In this document: one piece after another, positions 56,403 through 64,000 of the stretch
How positions within the stretch are numbered: the stretch's first letter is position 1
How the letters are laid out: each line of letters opens with the position of its first letter
NCBI GenBank assembly: GCA_009774585.1
Contig: VSOA01000001.1
Coordinates: forward strand, 1,610-65,609
Source of the DNA: Lachnospiraceae bacterium
GTDB lineage: Bacteria > Bacillota > Clostridia > Lachnospirales > Lachnospiraceae
Length of the DNA stretch: 64,000 nucleotides
Reading direction: 5' to 3'
The notes under the pieces: generated by a model
The model's database searches: none
Told to the model about the DNA's origin: nothing
The model's input: the letters and a program-made list of their open reading frames with translations, nothing else
Translations under genes and position numbers: made by a program

Positions 56403-56430
56403 ACTGATAACGGGGGATTATCATACTTTA
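56403..56430 (+). promoter_or_regulatory. Putative mother-cell (sigma-K type) promoter of SleC paralog 2
   Basis: AC (56403-04), a 17-nt spacer, then CATACTTTA (56422-30). This matches AC-N17-CATAnnnTA and ends 55 nt upstream of the ATG. Confidence 0.4.
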
Positions 56431-56485
56431 TAGCATAGTAATCTGTTAATGCTGAAATGATTATGGCTATGAAGGAGAATGAATT

Positions 56486-58336
56486 ATGGCAATCGGCTAT
56501 CTGATGATGCAGGCGAGGACAGCACATGACGCGGTGCCTTTAAGCGGGGTACAGATCAGCGTCTTGGATGATGAACAGAATCGCGTTTATGATTTAACGA
56601 CAGATGAAAACGGTGAGACGAGAAGTGTGTCGTTGGAAACTGTGGACAAGAGTTATTCACAGAACGAAAATTTTGCGGGAACACCGTATGTAACTTATAA
56701 TGTACTTGCACAGGCGGAAGGATTTAACACGCTGTTTGTCACGGATATACCCATCTTTGACGGAGAGCTTGCGGTCCTTCCGCTTTCGCTTGTTCCGATG
56801 CAGGAAAGTCAGCGAAGCAGAGAACAGACTGAAATTACGGTGGGAGCTCCGGCGGTGGCTATGGGCGGAGGGCGCGAGCAGGAAGGATCAAGAGGAAGTA
56901 TGGGTACGCCATATGTGCTGCGTCAGGTTATCATTCCGAATCCTATTACGGTTCATATGGGAACGCCAGATTCTGCCGCGTCAAATATACAGGTTTCTTT
57001 TCCGGAATATGTGAAAAACGTTGCCAGCAGTGAAATATATCCGACATGGCCGGAAGCCGCACTCAGGGCAAACATCTATGCAATTATTACGTTTGCCTTA
57101 AATAGGGTATATACGGAATGGTATCGGTCAAAGGGTTACAATTTTGACATTACGAACAGTACGGCATATGACCAGTATTTTGTCTACGGAAGACCGATTT
57201 ATGAATCCATCAGCCGTATCGTCGATCAGATTTTTAATGAGTATGTCCGCAGGCAGGGTCAGAACGCTCCGTACTTTACGTCTTTTTGCAGCGGGTCAAC
57301 AGCTTATTGCTCCGGAATGTCGCAGTGGGGAACGGTTACGTTGGCGAATCAAGGATATACGCCAATCAGAATATTGCGATACTATTATCCGGATGATATA
57401 GAGATTGCGGAGACAAATGCGGTCAGTAATGTGGTGACATCGTATCCGGGGACGCCGCTCAGAGTCGGAAGTACGGGACTGGATGTGCAGACCATACAGA
57501 CGTATTTGAACAGAATCAGGAGAAATTACCCGGCCATTCCGGCAATTACCGATGAGGCGGGCACATTCGGGGACAGCACACGTGCGGCAGTAACGAAGTT
57601 TCAGAGTATTTTTAATCTGGCGACAGATGGTATTGTTGGGAAAGCCACTTGGTATAAAATATCCAATTTATATACAGCAGTGACCAGACTCGCAGAGTTA
57701 GATAGTGAGGGAACAACGATTGGCATTGGAACGGTGCCGCCGTCTACCGTGCTAAGACAAGGCTCGCGCGGACAGGATGTGATTACGTTACAGTATCTGT
57801 TGGATGTCATATCCGAATACTATTCAGGCATTCCAAGTCCTGGGCAGGACGGTATTTTCGGAAATGATACAAGAGAGGCAGTCATTGCTTTTCAGCGGCA
57901 GATGGGGCTTGCCGCGGACGGAATAGTAGGCCCGGCCACATGGAATTCACTGTACAGAACTTATCAGGGAATCAATCAGAATGTGCCGCCGGTTAATCCG
58001 AATCCGACACCGAATCCGACACCTGATTCTGGCAATGTCATTGTGCATATCGTCCGCTCCGGCGATACGTTGTGGCTGCTTTCCAAACGTTACGGTACGA
58101 CTGTAGATGCCATTAAGCAGGCAAATGGATTGACAAGCGACAATTTAAGCATCGGGCAGGTGCTGCGGATACCTGTTCCATCAAGTACACAGTATTTCTT
58201 ATATACGGTTCGTCCCGGCGATACGTTGTGGCTGCTTGCGAACCGTTTTGGAACGACGGTAGATGCGATTCAAAATCTGAACGGATTGACAAGCGATGCA
58301 TTACGTGTAGGGCAGGTGCTCCGGATTCCGGAGTAA
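56486..58336 (+). CDS. SleC-family cortex-lytic enzyme paralog with two PG_binding_1 repeats and two C-terminal LysM domains
   Basis: It shares the conserved core of the 9901-11178 product (YVKNVASSEIYPTWPEAALRANIYAIITFALNRVYTEWYRSKGYNFDITNSTAYDQ). Two DGI(V/F)G...TW repeats follow, then a Pro/Asn-rich linker (PPVNPNPTPNPTP). Two LysM motifs are present (VRSGDTLWLLSKRYGTT, VRPGDTLWLLANRFGTT). Confidence 0.75.
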   Translation: MAIGYLMMQARTAHDAVPLSGVQISVLDDEQNRVYDLTTDENGETRSVSLETVDKSYSQNENFAGTPYVTYNVLAQAEGFNTLFVTDIPIFDGELAVLPLSLVPMQESQRSREQTEITVGAPAVAMGGGREQEGSRGSMGTPYVLRQVIIPNPITVHMGTPDSAASNIQVSFPEYVKNVASSEIYPTWPEAALRANIYAIITFALNRVYTEWYRSKGYNFDITNSTAYDQYFVYGRPIYESISRIVDQIFNEYVRRQGQNAPYFTSFCSGSTAYCSGMSQWGTVTLANQGYTPIRILRYYYPDDIEIAETNAVSNVVTSYPGTPLRVGSTGLDVQTIQTYLNRIRRNYPAIPAITDEAGTFGDSTRAAVTKFQSIFNLATDGIVGKATWYKISNLYTAVTRLAELDSEGTTIGIGTVPPSTVLRQGSRGQDVITLQYLLDVISEYYSGIPSPGQDGIFGNDTREAVIAFQRQMGLAADGIVGPATWNSLYRTYQGINQNVPPVNPNPTPNPTPDSGNVIVHIVRSGDTLWLLSKRYGTTVDAIKQANGLTSDNLSIGQVLRIPVPSSTQYFLYTVRPGDTLWLLANRFGTTVDAIQNLNGLTSDALRVGQVLRIPE

Positions 58337-58361
58337 ATCGACGGGAAGAAAGAGGCAGTTG

Positions 58362-59273
58362 CTATCTTGCGGTGGTATCAAGCCAGTCAAGTATAAAACG
58401 TACTCTTTCTTCCGTTAGTGCGTGACCGCCGGTATAGCGCTTGTGCTGCAGGTTTTGTGCGGCATCAAGCGCCAGATAGGCAGGACTGGCTTTCTCGACG
58501 ATGTATGAAGCATCCTTTGAATATTGATCGTCTTCGGCGGAAACAATGAGCAGATGCCTTGGAGCAATACAAGATACCAGATCGTCAATGTCATATTTAC
58601 CATGGAAGTTCGGAATGACGCTTGCCATTTCTATTCCTACATTATTTTGAATACGGTTTTCATAGGTACATGCGCTGCCGCTCGCACAACTGAAAGCGAT
58701 TCGCTCGTCTAACGCAGAAAGAAACAGGACCGTATTACCTCCATAGGAGTGCCCGAGAGTGCCGATTTTCTTTTGATTGACATAAGGGAGGGAGGAAAGT
58801 AATGTGATTCCGCACATGGCGTCCTCCAGTACTTTCTTCATCAGATAGTTTCCGCTTACAATTCGATAACACATTTCATTAAAATGCTGCCAGAAATCAA
58901 ATCCTTCCACAAACGGGTCTTTACGTCTTGTCTCAAAACATATGGAGTCAGGAGCCAGAACAACAAATCCTTTCCTGACCAGTGCCGGACCGAATGCCTG
59001 TAAAGGATCTCCGGCAAGCCCACAGACTTCGCTTTTCCCCAAATGATGTTCTCTGTTATGCTGATGATTGATGAGGATGGCCGGATGCTCGGTAAGTGTT
59101 TCCGGAAGCAGCAGAAAAGCGCTGACATTGTCCCCGTGAGAGGGATACTCGATGAGCAGCCGGGTATAGCCGTCTTCCTTAGAGGAATCTAATATTTTAT
59201 AAGTGACACATGCCCCGGCATCAGGGGCGACGACACCGATTGCTTCGGTTATCGCATTTCGCAACTGCTGCAT
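58362..59273 (-). CDS. Alpha/beta hydrolase (dienelactone hydrolase/esterase-like)
   Basis: The nucleophile elbow GHSYGG is present, and the length and Asp/His positions are typical. No signal peptide is present. Confidence 0.75.
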   Translation of the reverse strand: MQQLRNAITEAIGVVAPDAGACVTYKILDSSKEDGYTRLLIEYPSHGDNVSAFLLLPETLTEHPAILINHQHNREHHLGKSEVCGLAGDPLQAFGPALVRKGFVVLAPDSICFETRRKDPFVEGFDFWQHFNEMCYRIVSGNYLMKKVLEDAMCGITLLSSLPYVNQKKIGTLGHSYGGNTVLFLSALDERIAFSCASGSACTYENRIQNNVGIEMASVIPNFHGKYDIDDLVSCIAPRHLLIVSAEDDQYSKDASYIVEKASPAYLALDAAQNLQHKRYTGGHALTEERVRFILDWLDTTAR

Positions 59274-59451
59274 AGATGATCATCCTTTCCTATTCTGATA
59301 TCTGCCAATTACGCAAATTATAACACGTCAATAAACAACACTACAACAATAAAGATTGAGGAAATAGAACAATTTGCAGCAGGTCTGTAGAAATGCCCAA
59401 TCATATGGAGCCGATATGATGAAGCTGATGGAAACTAATTGGCAAAAAATC

Positions 59452-59480
59452 TTGACATATAATTAAATATATGTTTAAAT
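59452..59480 (+). promoter_or_regulatory. Putative sigma-A promoter of the P-type ATPase, overlapping a short inverted repeat
   Basis: TTGACA, a 17-nt spacer, then TTAAAT. The spacer contains the inverted repeat CATATA-attaaa-TATATG. Confidence 0.5.
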
Positions 59481-59538
59481 GTTCATGTAAAAACTTTAAC
59501 GAATTCAAATAACGAACAAGATGGAAGGATGATAAATT

Positions 59539-61416
59539 ATGACAAAGAAACAAAAAAAGGTATTGATTCGCATTATCATATCTGCGGTATTGGTCATCGG
59601 GCTGCAATTTATTCCGGTGGAAAATCCGTATATCAGGCTGGCATTATTCATGGCGCCGTATCTGATTATCGGATATGATATTTTGAAAAAGGCATTCTTG
59701 GGAATCGTGCATGGTAAAGTATTCGATGAGAATTTTCTGATGGCAGTTGCCACTGTGGGCGCCATTGCACTGGGAGAATATCTCGAGGGAACGGCGGTTA
59801 TGCTGTTTTATCAGATAGGGGAGCTTTTCCAAAGTTATGCTGTGGGTAAGAGTCGCAAGAATATTACTGCGCTGATGGATATCCGCCCCGATTATGCCAA
59901 CGTGGAACAGGATGGGGAACTTGTACAGATAGACCCGGATGATGTCAATGTTGGAACGATCATTGTTGTACAGCCGGGAGAGAAGATTCCCATTGACGGT
60001 ATCGTTGTGGAAGGTACTTCCTCCCTGAATACGAGTGCGCTGACCGGAGAGAGCCTTCCGAGGGAGACGGCAGTGGGTGATGAAGTCATCAGCGGCTGTG
60101 TCAACATGTCAGGGGTGCTTCGCATTAGGACGACTAAGGAATTTGGGGAATCTACGGTATCCAAGATACTTGACTTGATGGAAAATTCCAGCATGAAAAA
60201 GTCTAAATCGGAGAATTTTATCACCCGGTTTGCCAGATATTATACGCCGGCAGTCTGTATCGGGGCACTGGCACTGGCAGTTCTGCCGCCGGTGATTAAT
60301 TTAATCGTAGGTAATCCTGCGAGTTGGCCGCAATGGATCATCAGAGCGCTTACAACGCTTGTAATCAGTTGTCCGTGCGCGCTGGTTATATCTATACCGC
60401 TAAGCTTTTTCGGCGGAATCGGAGGAGCGTCGGCAAAAGGAATCCTTGTCAAGGGTTCTAATTATTTGGAGGCGCTTTCGCAGACGACATATGTGGTATG
60501 CGATAAGACGGGTACTTTGACGAAAGGTGTGTTCGAAGTGACGGATATAGAGCCGGCTGAAGGTTTTTCTAAGGAGGAACTGCTTGAACTGGCGGCGTAT
60601 ACGGAGCATTATTCTAACCATCCGATTAGTAAGAGTCTCAAAGAAGCGTATGGAAAAGAAATTGACGCTTCCAAAATCAGTGGTGTGGAAGAGATTGGCG
60701 GACATGGTGTGGCGGCAACAGTGGATGGAAGAAAGACGGCAGCCGGCAATGTGAAGTTGATGAAGCGGTTAAATATTGCCTGTCGGACGCCGGAAAAGAC
60801 CGGCACACAAGTGCATGTAACAGTTGATGGAGAGTATGCGGGCTATATCCTTATATCTGATGTGGTGAAACCTAACGCAAGGGCAGCCGTTGCAGGTTTG
60901 AAGGCAGCAGGTGTCAAACAAGTAGTTATGTTAACTGGAGACGCCAAAAATGTTGCCGAGTCGGTGGCGGAAGAAATTGGTGTGGACGTGGTGAAAAGCG
61001 AACTTCTTCCGGCGGATAAAGTGACTGAAGTGGAGAAGATGTTAGAGTCAAAAGGAAAGAAAGAGAAGCTTGCCTTTGTCGGAGACGGAATCAATGATGC
61101 ACCGGTACTTTCCAGAGTGGATTTAGGAATCGCCATGGGTGCGCTGGGCGCGGACGCGGCGATTGAGGCGGCAGATATTGTACTGATGGACGATAATCCG
61201 GAGAAGATTGCGACGGCAATCGGCATTTCCAGAAAAACACTCCGTATTGTATATCAGAATATTGTGTTTGCACTGGCAGTTAAGTTTATCTGTCTGGCAT
61301 TGGGAGCTGTCGGAACGCTCAATATGTGGTGGGCGATTTTTGCAGATGTCGGCGTGATGATCATTGCTGTGTTAAATGCAACGAGAGCGCTCCGGTTTCG
61401 CGAGATTGCAAGGTGA
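59539..61416 (+). CDS. Heavy-metal-translocating P1B-type ATPase (Cd/Zn/Co type), lacking an N-terminal HMA domain
   Basis: The motifs TGES, CPC (SCPCALVISIP), DKTGTLT and GDGINDAP are present. No N-terminal CxxC metal-binding domain is present. Confidence 0.9.
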   Translation: MTKKQKKVLIRIIISAVLVIGLQFIPVENPYIRLALFMAPYLIIGYDILKKAFLGIVHGKVFDENFLMAVATVGAIALGEYLEGTAVMLFYQIGELFQSYAVGKSRKNITALMDIRPDYANVEQDGELVQIDPDDVNVGTIIVVQPGEKIPIDGIVVEGTSSLNTSALTGESLPRETAVGDEVISGCVNMSGVLRIRTTKEFGESTVSKILDLMENSSMKKSKSENFITRFARYYTPAVCIGALALAVLPPVINLIVGNPASWPQWIIRALTTLVISCPCALVISIPLSFFGGIGGASAKGILVKGSNYLEALSQTTYVVCDKTGTLTKGVFEVTDIEPAEGFSKEELLELAAYTEHYSNHPISKSLKEAYGKEIDASKISGVEEIGGHGVAATVDGRKTAAGNVKLMKRLNIACRTPEKTGTQVHVTVDGEYAGYILISDVVKPNARAAVAGLKAAGVKQVVMLTGDAKNVAESVAEEIGVDVVKSELLPADKVTEVEKMLESKGKKEKLAFVGDGINDAPVLSRVDLGIAMGALGADAAIEAADIVLMDDNPEKIATAIGISRKTLRIVYQNIVFALAVKFICLALGAVGTLNMWWAIFADVGVMIIAVLNATRALRFREIAR

Positions 61417-61494
61417 TAAGGAGGCTGCCAATATGATTTTCAGCAAATATGCTGCACAGGATGGACAAATCACTGTAGAGAGAAAGGAAGAGAT

Positions 61495-62094
61495 ATGTTC
61501 TGGGATAAGATATCGGGTGTTTATGATTTATTTGAAATGATATATAATGGAAAAGTATATAGAAATCTTGGCAGGGAAATAGCCGAAGAAATCGGGCATG
61601 ATGATATTGTGCTGGAGTGTGCCTGCGGTACGGGAGCAATTAGTAAGTGGATTGCACCAAAATGCAGATATTTGATCGCAACGGATCTGTCTGACAAGAT
61701 GTTACAACAGACTGCCGGAAAATGTCGGAAATATCATAATGTCAAAATAAGGCGAGCCGATGTTACCTGGTTAAAATGCCGTGACAACAGATTTGACAAG
61801 GTTGTGGCAGGAAACGTGATCCATTTGCTGGATGACCCGTATGCGGCGGTCAAAGAGATGGATAGAGTCTGCAAAAAGGGTGGTAAAATCATTATTCCGA
61901 CTTATATTAATGCGTCTGCAGGAACGAATCAACTGGTGTTGCGGATGCTCGCATTGGTGGGAGTTACTTTTAAGCGGCAGTTTGATATGGAGTCTTATCG
62001 CAAGTTTTTTGAGGCGGCAGGGTATGAAAAAGTTGATTATGATATGATTGACGGCAGAATGCCTTGCGCGGTGGCAGTGATCACAAAACAGTGA
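61495..62094 (+). CDS. Class I SAM-dependent methyltransferase
   Basis: Motif I is VLECACGTG. The post-I acidic residue is in IATDLS, and motif II/III reads FDKVVAGNVIHLLDDP. Confidence 0.85.
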   Translation: MFWDKISGVYDLFEMIYNGKVYRNLGREIAEEIGHDDIVLECACGTGAISKWIAPKCRYLIATDLSDKMLQQTAGKCRKYHNVKIRRADVTWLKCRDNRFDKVVAGNVIHLLDDPYAAVKEMDRVCKKGGKIIIPTYINASAGTNQLVLRMLALVGVTFKRQFDMESYRKFFEAAGYEKVDYDMIDGRMPCAVAVITKQ

Positions 62095-62199
62095 TATCTT
62101 TATGTGATAGGAAACCACGACAGCGTGAATCATTTAAGGGGAATGCGAAGTGCAGTGTGAAAAGGAGTGCGAAATCCTTAGAAGGGAGAAACGGACCGA

Positions 62200-62562
62200 A
62201 TGGTTGACATAAAATTACCACATCATCATAGTCAAAATATTGACAAGCTATTGTCCAAGCTTCCAAGTGTTGACGAGTGCATACAAGTGGCGGAAATATT
62301 CAAACAGATCAGCGACGGGACAAGGCTGAGGATCTTGTGGCTTCTGTGCCACTGTGAAGAATGTGTCAGCAATATTGCCGCTGCCATGGACATGAGTGAC
62401 CCGGCGGTTTCACACCATCTGAAACTATTGCGTAAGAGCGGCTTGATTGTCAGCAGAAGGGATGGAAAAGAGGTATATTATAAACTGGCGGACACGGAGC
62501 AGGCACAGATTGTCCATCATGTTTGTGAAGAGATGTTTCGGATATCGTGTCCGTTTGGATAA
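62200..62562 (+). CDS. ArsR/SmtB-family metalloregulatory repressor
   Basis: The wHTH reads DGTRLRILWLLCHCEECVSNIAAAMDMSDPAVSHHLKLLRKSGLI. Alpha-3 cysteines (CHCEEC) and C-terminal His/Cys residues are present. Confidence 0.85.
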   Translation: MVDIKLPHHHSQNIDKLLSKLPSVDECIQVAEIFKQISDGTRLRILWLLCHCEECVSNIAAAMDMSDPAVSHHLKLLRKSGLIVSRRDGKEVYYKLADTEQAQIVHHVCEEMFRISCPFG

Positions 62563-62583
62563 GAAACGTTTTGCACAGACAGC

Positions 62584-62612
62584 TTGCCATTCATCAAATA
62601 TTCTGCTATATT
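62584..62612 (+). promoter_or_regulatory. Putative sigma-A promoter preceding a structured non-coding region
   Basis: TTGCCA, a 17-nt spacer, then TATATT. Confidence 0.4.
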
Positions 62613-62640
62613 AGTTTTATTAATTCAAAGTGAATCTCTT

Positions 62641-62688
62641 ATTTCCTTTACCATAGCCGATATCAGAATCGGCTATGGTAAAGGAAAT
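62641..62688. repeat. Perfect 21-bp inverted repeat (hairpin with a 6-nt loop)
   Basis: ATTTCCTTTACCATAGCCGAT-atcaga-ATCGGCTATGGTAAAGGAAAT, with no U-tract after it. Confidence 0.85.
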
Positions 62689-62813
62689 CTATATCGGCAT
62701 TTCACCGGAAATTCACGAAAACAAAAATCAAATGGGCAGGGCAGAGACAAGGATATCGGCATGTCGTGAATTTTCATGGTATACACTGTCCCACTCTGCC
62801 GGAAGGAGGATGA

Positions 62814-63818
62814 ATGGGATATACCAAAAAGACACTACAGGAACTGGACTTAATCGATAACTTTCTGTCAAACGCGATTGCGTCCAACAAAGAGCTTAAT
62901 GAGCCGTTCTATAGGCTGCTATTGTCCGTACTGCTGGGGAAAGAAATAAAAGAAGTGCGGGTGCTGGCACAACAAATTATACCGGCAGCAACACCGGAGC
63001 TGCGGGGAATAAGGATGGATGTGGAGATCACGGAATATGAAGAGGAGACTGTCACAAACGTGTATGATCTTGAGCCGCATCTGAAGGATGGAATGAATCT
63101 ACCTAGACATAACAGATACTATCAAGCTAAGATAGACGGCAGATATCTGAGGCGGGGAGTGAAAGACTTCTCTGCAATTCCGAATCTTTATGTTATTACG
63201 ATTACCAATTATGATGTATTTGGCAAAGATTATATGATGTATACGGTTCACAACAGATGTGACGAAATACCGGAACTGGATTATGATGACGGGCTGCAAT
63301 TTATCTATTTTTATACGAAAGGACAAAAAGGAGGTAGTCAAGCAATAAAAAATATGTTAACATATATACAAAATAGTGATAGTAAAAATGCGGTTGATGA
63401 TGCAACAAGAATGCTGGACTCATATGTGATGAAGGTGAAGAATCTACCGGAAGTGGAGGCGGGATATATGACACTTGGAGACTGGATTGACGGTATAGAG
63501 GAAGAACTTAGGAAAGATATCAGAGCAGAGCTAACGGAAGAAGTAAAAAAAGAAGTAACGGAGAAGGTGACAGAGGAAGTAACGGAGAAGGTGACAGAGG
63601 AAGTAACGGAGAGGGTGACAGAGGAAGTAACGGAAGAAGTGACAAAGAGAGTAACAAGAGAAGTGCAGGAACAGAATATAGCAACAATTATTGAGATGTT
63701 CCATGACTATCATGAAACGAAGGAAAATGTGCTCATCAAAATTCGTGCAAAGTTTCCTGAGAATGCTGATAGGGCAGAAGCACTTGTGGAGAAATATTGG
63801 CAGGAGAGCATGATTTGA
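62814..63818 (+). CDS. Rpn-family/PD-(D/E)XK nuclease-type putative transposase
   Basis: The N-terminal pattern (LIDNFLSNAIASN...MDVEI...YDLEPH...RYYQAKID) is typical of this family from memory. The ribosome-binding site is GGAAGGAGG. The C-terminal part contains a tandem peptide repeat. Confidence 0.7.
   Translation: MGYTKKTLQELDLIDNFLSNAIASNKELNEPFYRLLLSVLLGKEIKEVRVLAQQIIPAATPELRGIRMDVEITEYEEETVTNVYDLEPHLKDGMNLPRHNRYYQAKIDGRYLRRGVKDFSAIPNLYVITITNYDVFGKDYMMYTVHNRCDEIPELDYDDGLQFIYFYTKGQKGGSQAIKNMLTYIQNSDSKNAVDDATRMLDSYVMKVKNLPEVEAGYMTLGDWIDGIEEELRKDIRAELTEEVKKEVTEKVTEEVTEKVTEEVTERVTEEVTEEVTKRVTREVQEQNIATIIEMFHDYHETKENVLIKIRAKFPENADRAEALVEKYWQESMI
63534..63665 (+). repeat. In-frame tandem repeat (12-nt unit, 24-nt super-unit) encoding about 11 copies of (E/K)(E/K/R)VT
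   Basis: gaagtaacggagaaggtgacagag is repeated from 63552, with two exact copies and degenerate flanking copies. The peptide reads TEEVKKEVTEKVTEEVTEKVTEEVTERVTEEVTEEVTKRVTREV. Confidence 0.9.
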
Positions 63819-63908
63819 TAAAATATGTAAGTGAGTGCTTCTGATACGGGACATATATGTGTCTGGTACGGGAGTGCACAATCATAGAAGGCGTAGAAAG
63901 GAACAGAC

Positions 63909-64000
63909 ATGGAAAAGAGAAAAGTGGTTATTAATAAGGGGCAGGAAGCGGTATTTCACAATCAGGTGGACTACTGCATCGGAACAGGAAGAATGGGACT
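63909..64000 (+). CDS. 5' end of a GH39-like beta-xylosidase gene (runs off the window)
   Basis: The frame is open from the ATG at 63909 to the window end. The N-terminal DYCIGTGRMG resembles the conserved YCVGTGRLGLAL motif of GH39 XynB-type enzymes. Only 30 codons are visible. Confidence 0.4.
   Translation, partial: MEKRKVVINKGQEAVFHNQVDYCIGTGRMG

Noticed and set aside
62584-62860. Two 61-aa ORFs (62584-62769 and 62675-62860) in the arsR/Rpn intergenic region.
   Set aside because: Neither has a Shine-Dalgarno sequence. They overlap each other and the 21-bp hairpin, and the second runs into the Rpn-like gene in another frame. The region is better explained as structured non-coding DNA or RNA.
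63552-63623. A tandem 24-nt repeat, considered as a possible CRISPR-like or minisatellite array.
   Set aside because: The units are directly adjacent with no spacers and lie in frame inside a long ORF. This is a coding peptide repeat, not a CRISPR array.
62814-63818. The Rpn-like gene, considered as evidence of a complete mobile element or genomic island.
   Set aside because: No integrase, recombinase or classical transposase was recognised, and no flanking direct repeats or terminal inverted-repeat pair were seen within the window. A lone Rpn/PD-(D/E)XK-type gene is common in Clostridia genomes. Only the adjacent hairpin region is flagged for checking.

Overview
This 64-kb chromosomal segment comes from a spore-forming Firmicute. 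The gene content looks like a gut Clostridia/Lachnospiraceae organism, but that taxon call is inference only. I support about 45 protein-coding genes and recognise no rRNA, tRNA or CRISPR array. All family assignments come from reading motifs by eye, because no database search was possible.

Content in order:
- A 5'-truncated hybrid histidine kinase, then ilvE, a PHP phosphoesterase, a PrsA-like lipoprotein, and htpG preceded by a perfect CIRCE operator.
- A surface GH51-like arabinofuranosidase, and a SleC-like cortex-lytic enzyme on the minus strand.
- A divergently transcribed four-gene operon (11307-18288) with no recognisable named function. It encodes a 1187-aa helical scaffold, a degenerate Hsp70/actin-fold protein, a TPR-like protein and a coiled-coil membrane-hairpin protein. 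This is my best candidate for an undescribed system.
- purF and purB, separated by a Cys-rich gene and a GNAT remnant.
- An envelope module: an FG-GAP-like secreted protein, an OmpR-type response regulator, a histidine kinase and a membrane-anchored accessory protein. It is followed by six phased 11-bp direct repeats in front of an amidase/deacetylase fusion operon.
- A roughly 19-kb ABC-transporter-type glycan utilisation locus: GH43, GH95, a transmembrane AraC regulator, LplABC-like importer, then GH95-GH2-GH31 and a thioredoxin-DsbD fusion.
- A divergent AraC-controlled dehydrogenase/aldo-keto reductase/FucU operon, which may form an L-fucose/L-galactose oxidative module.
- A CDF transporter, a secreted clan-GH-A-like protein flanked by unusual hairpins, and a second, longer SleC paralog.
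- An alpha/beta hydrolase, a P-type metal ATPase, a SAM methyltransferase and an ArsR regulator.
- A highly structured non-coding region, an Rpn/PD-(D/E)XK transposase-like gene with an in-frame tandem repeat, and the start of a GH39-like gene at the window edge.
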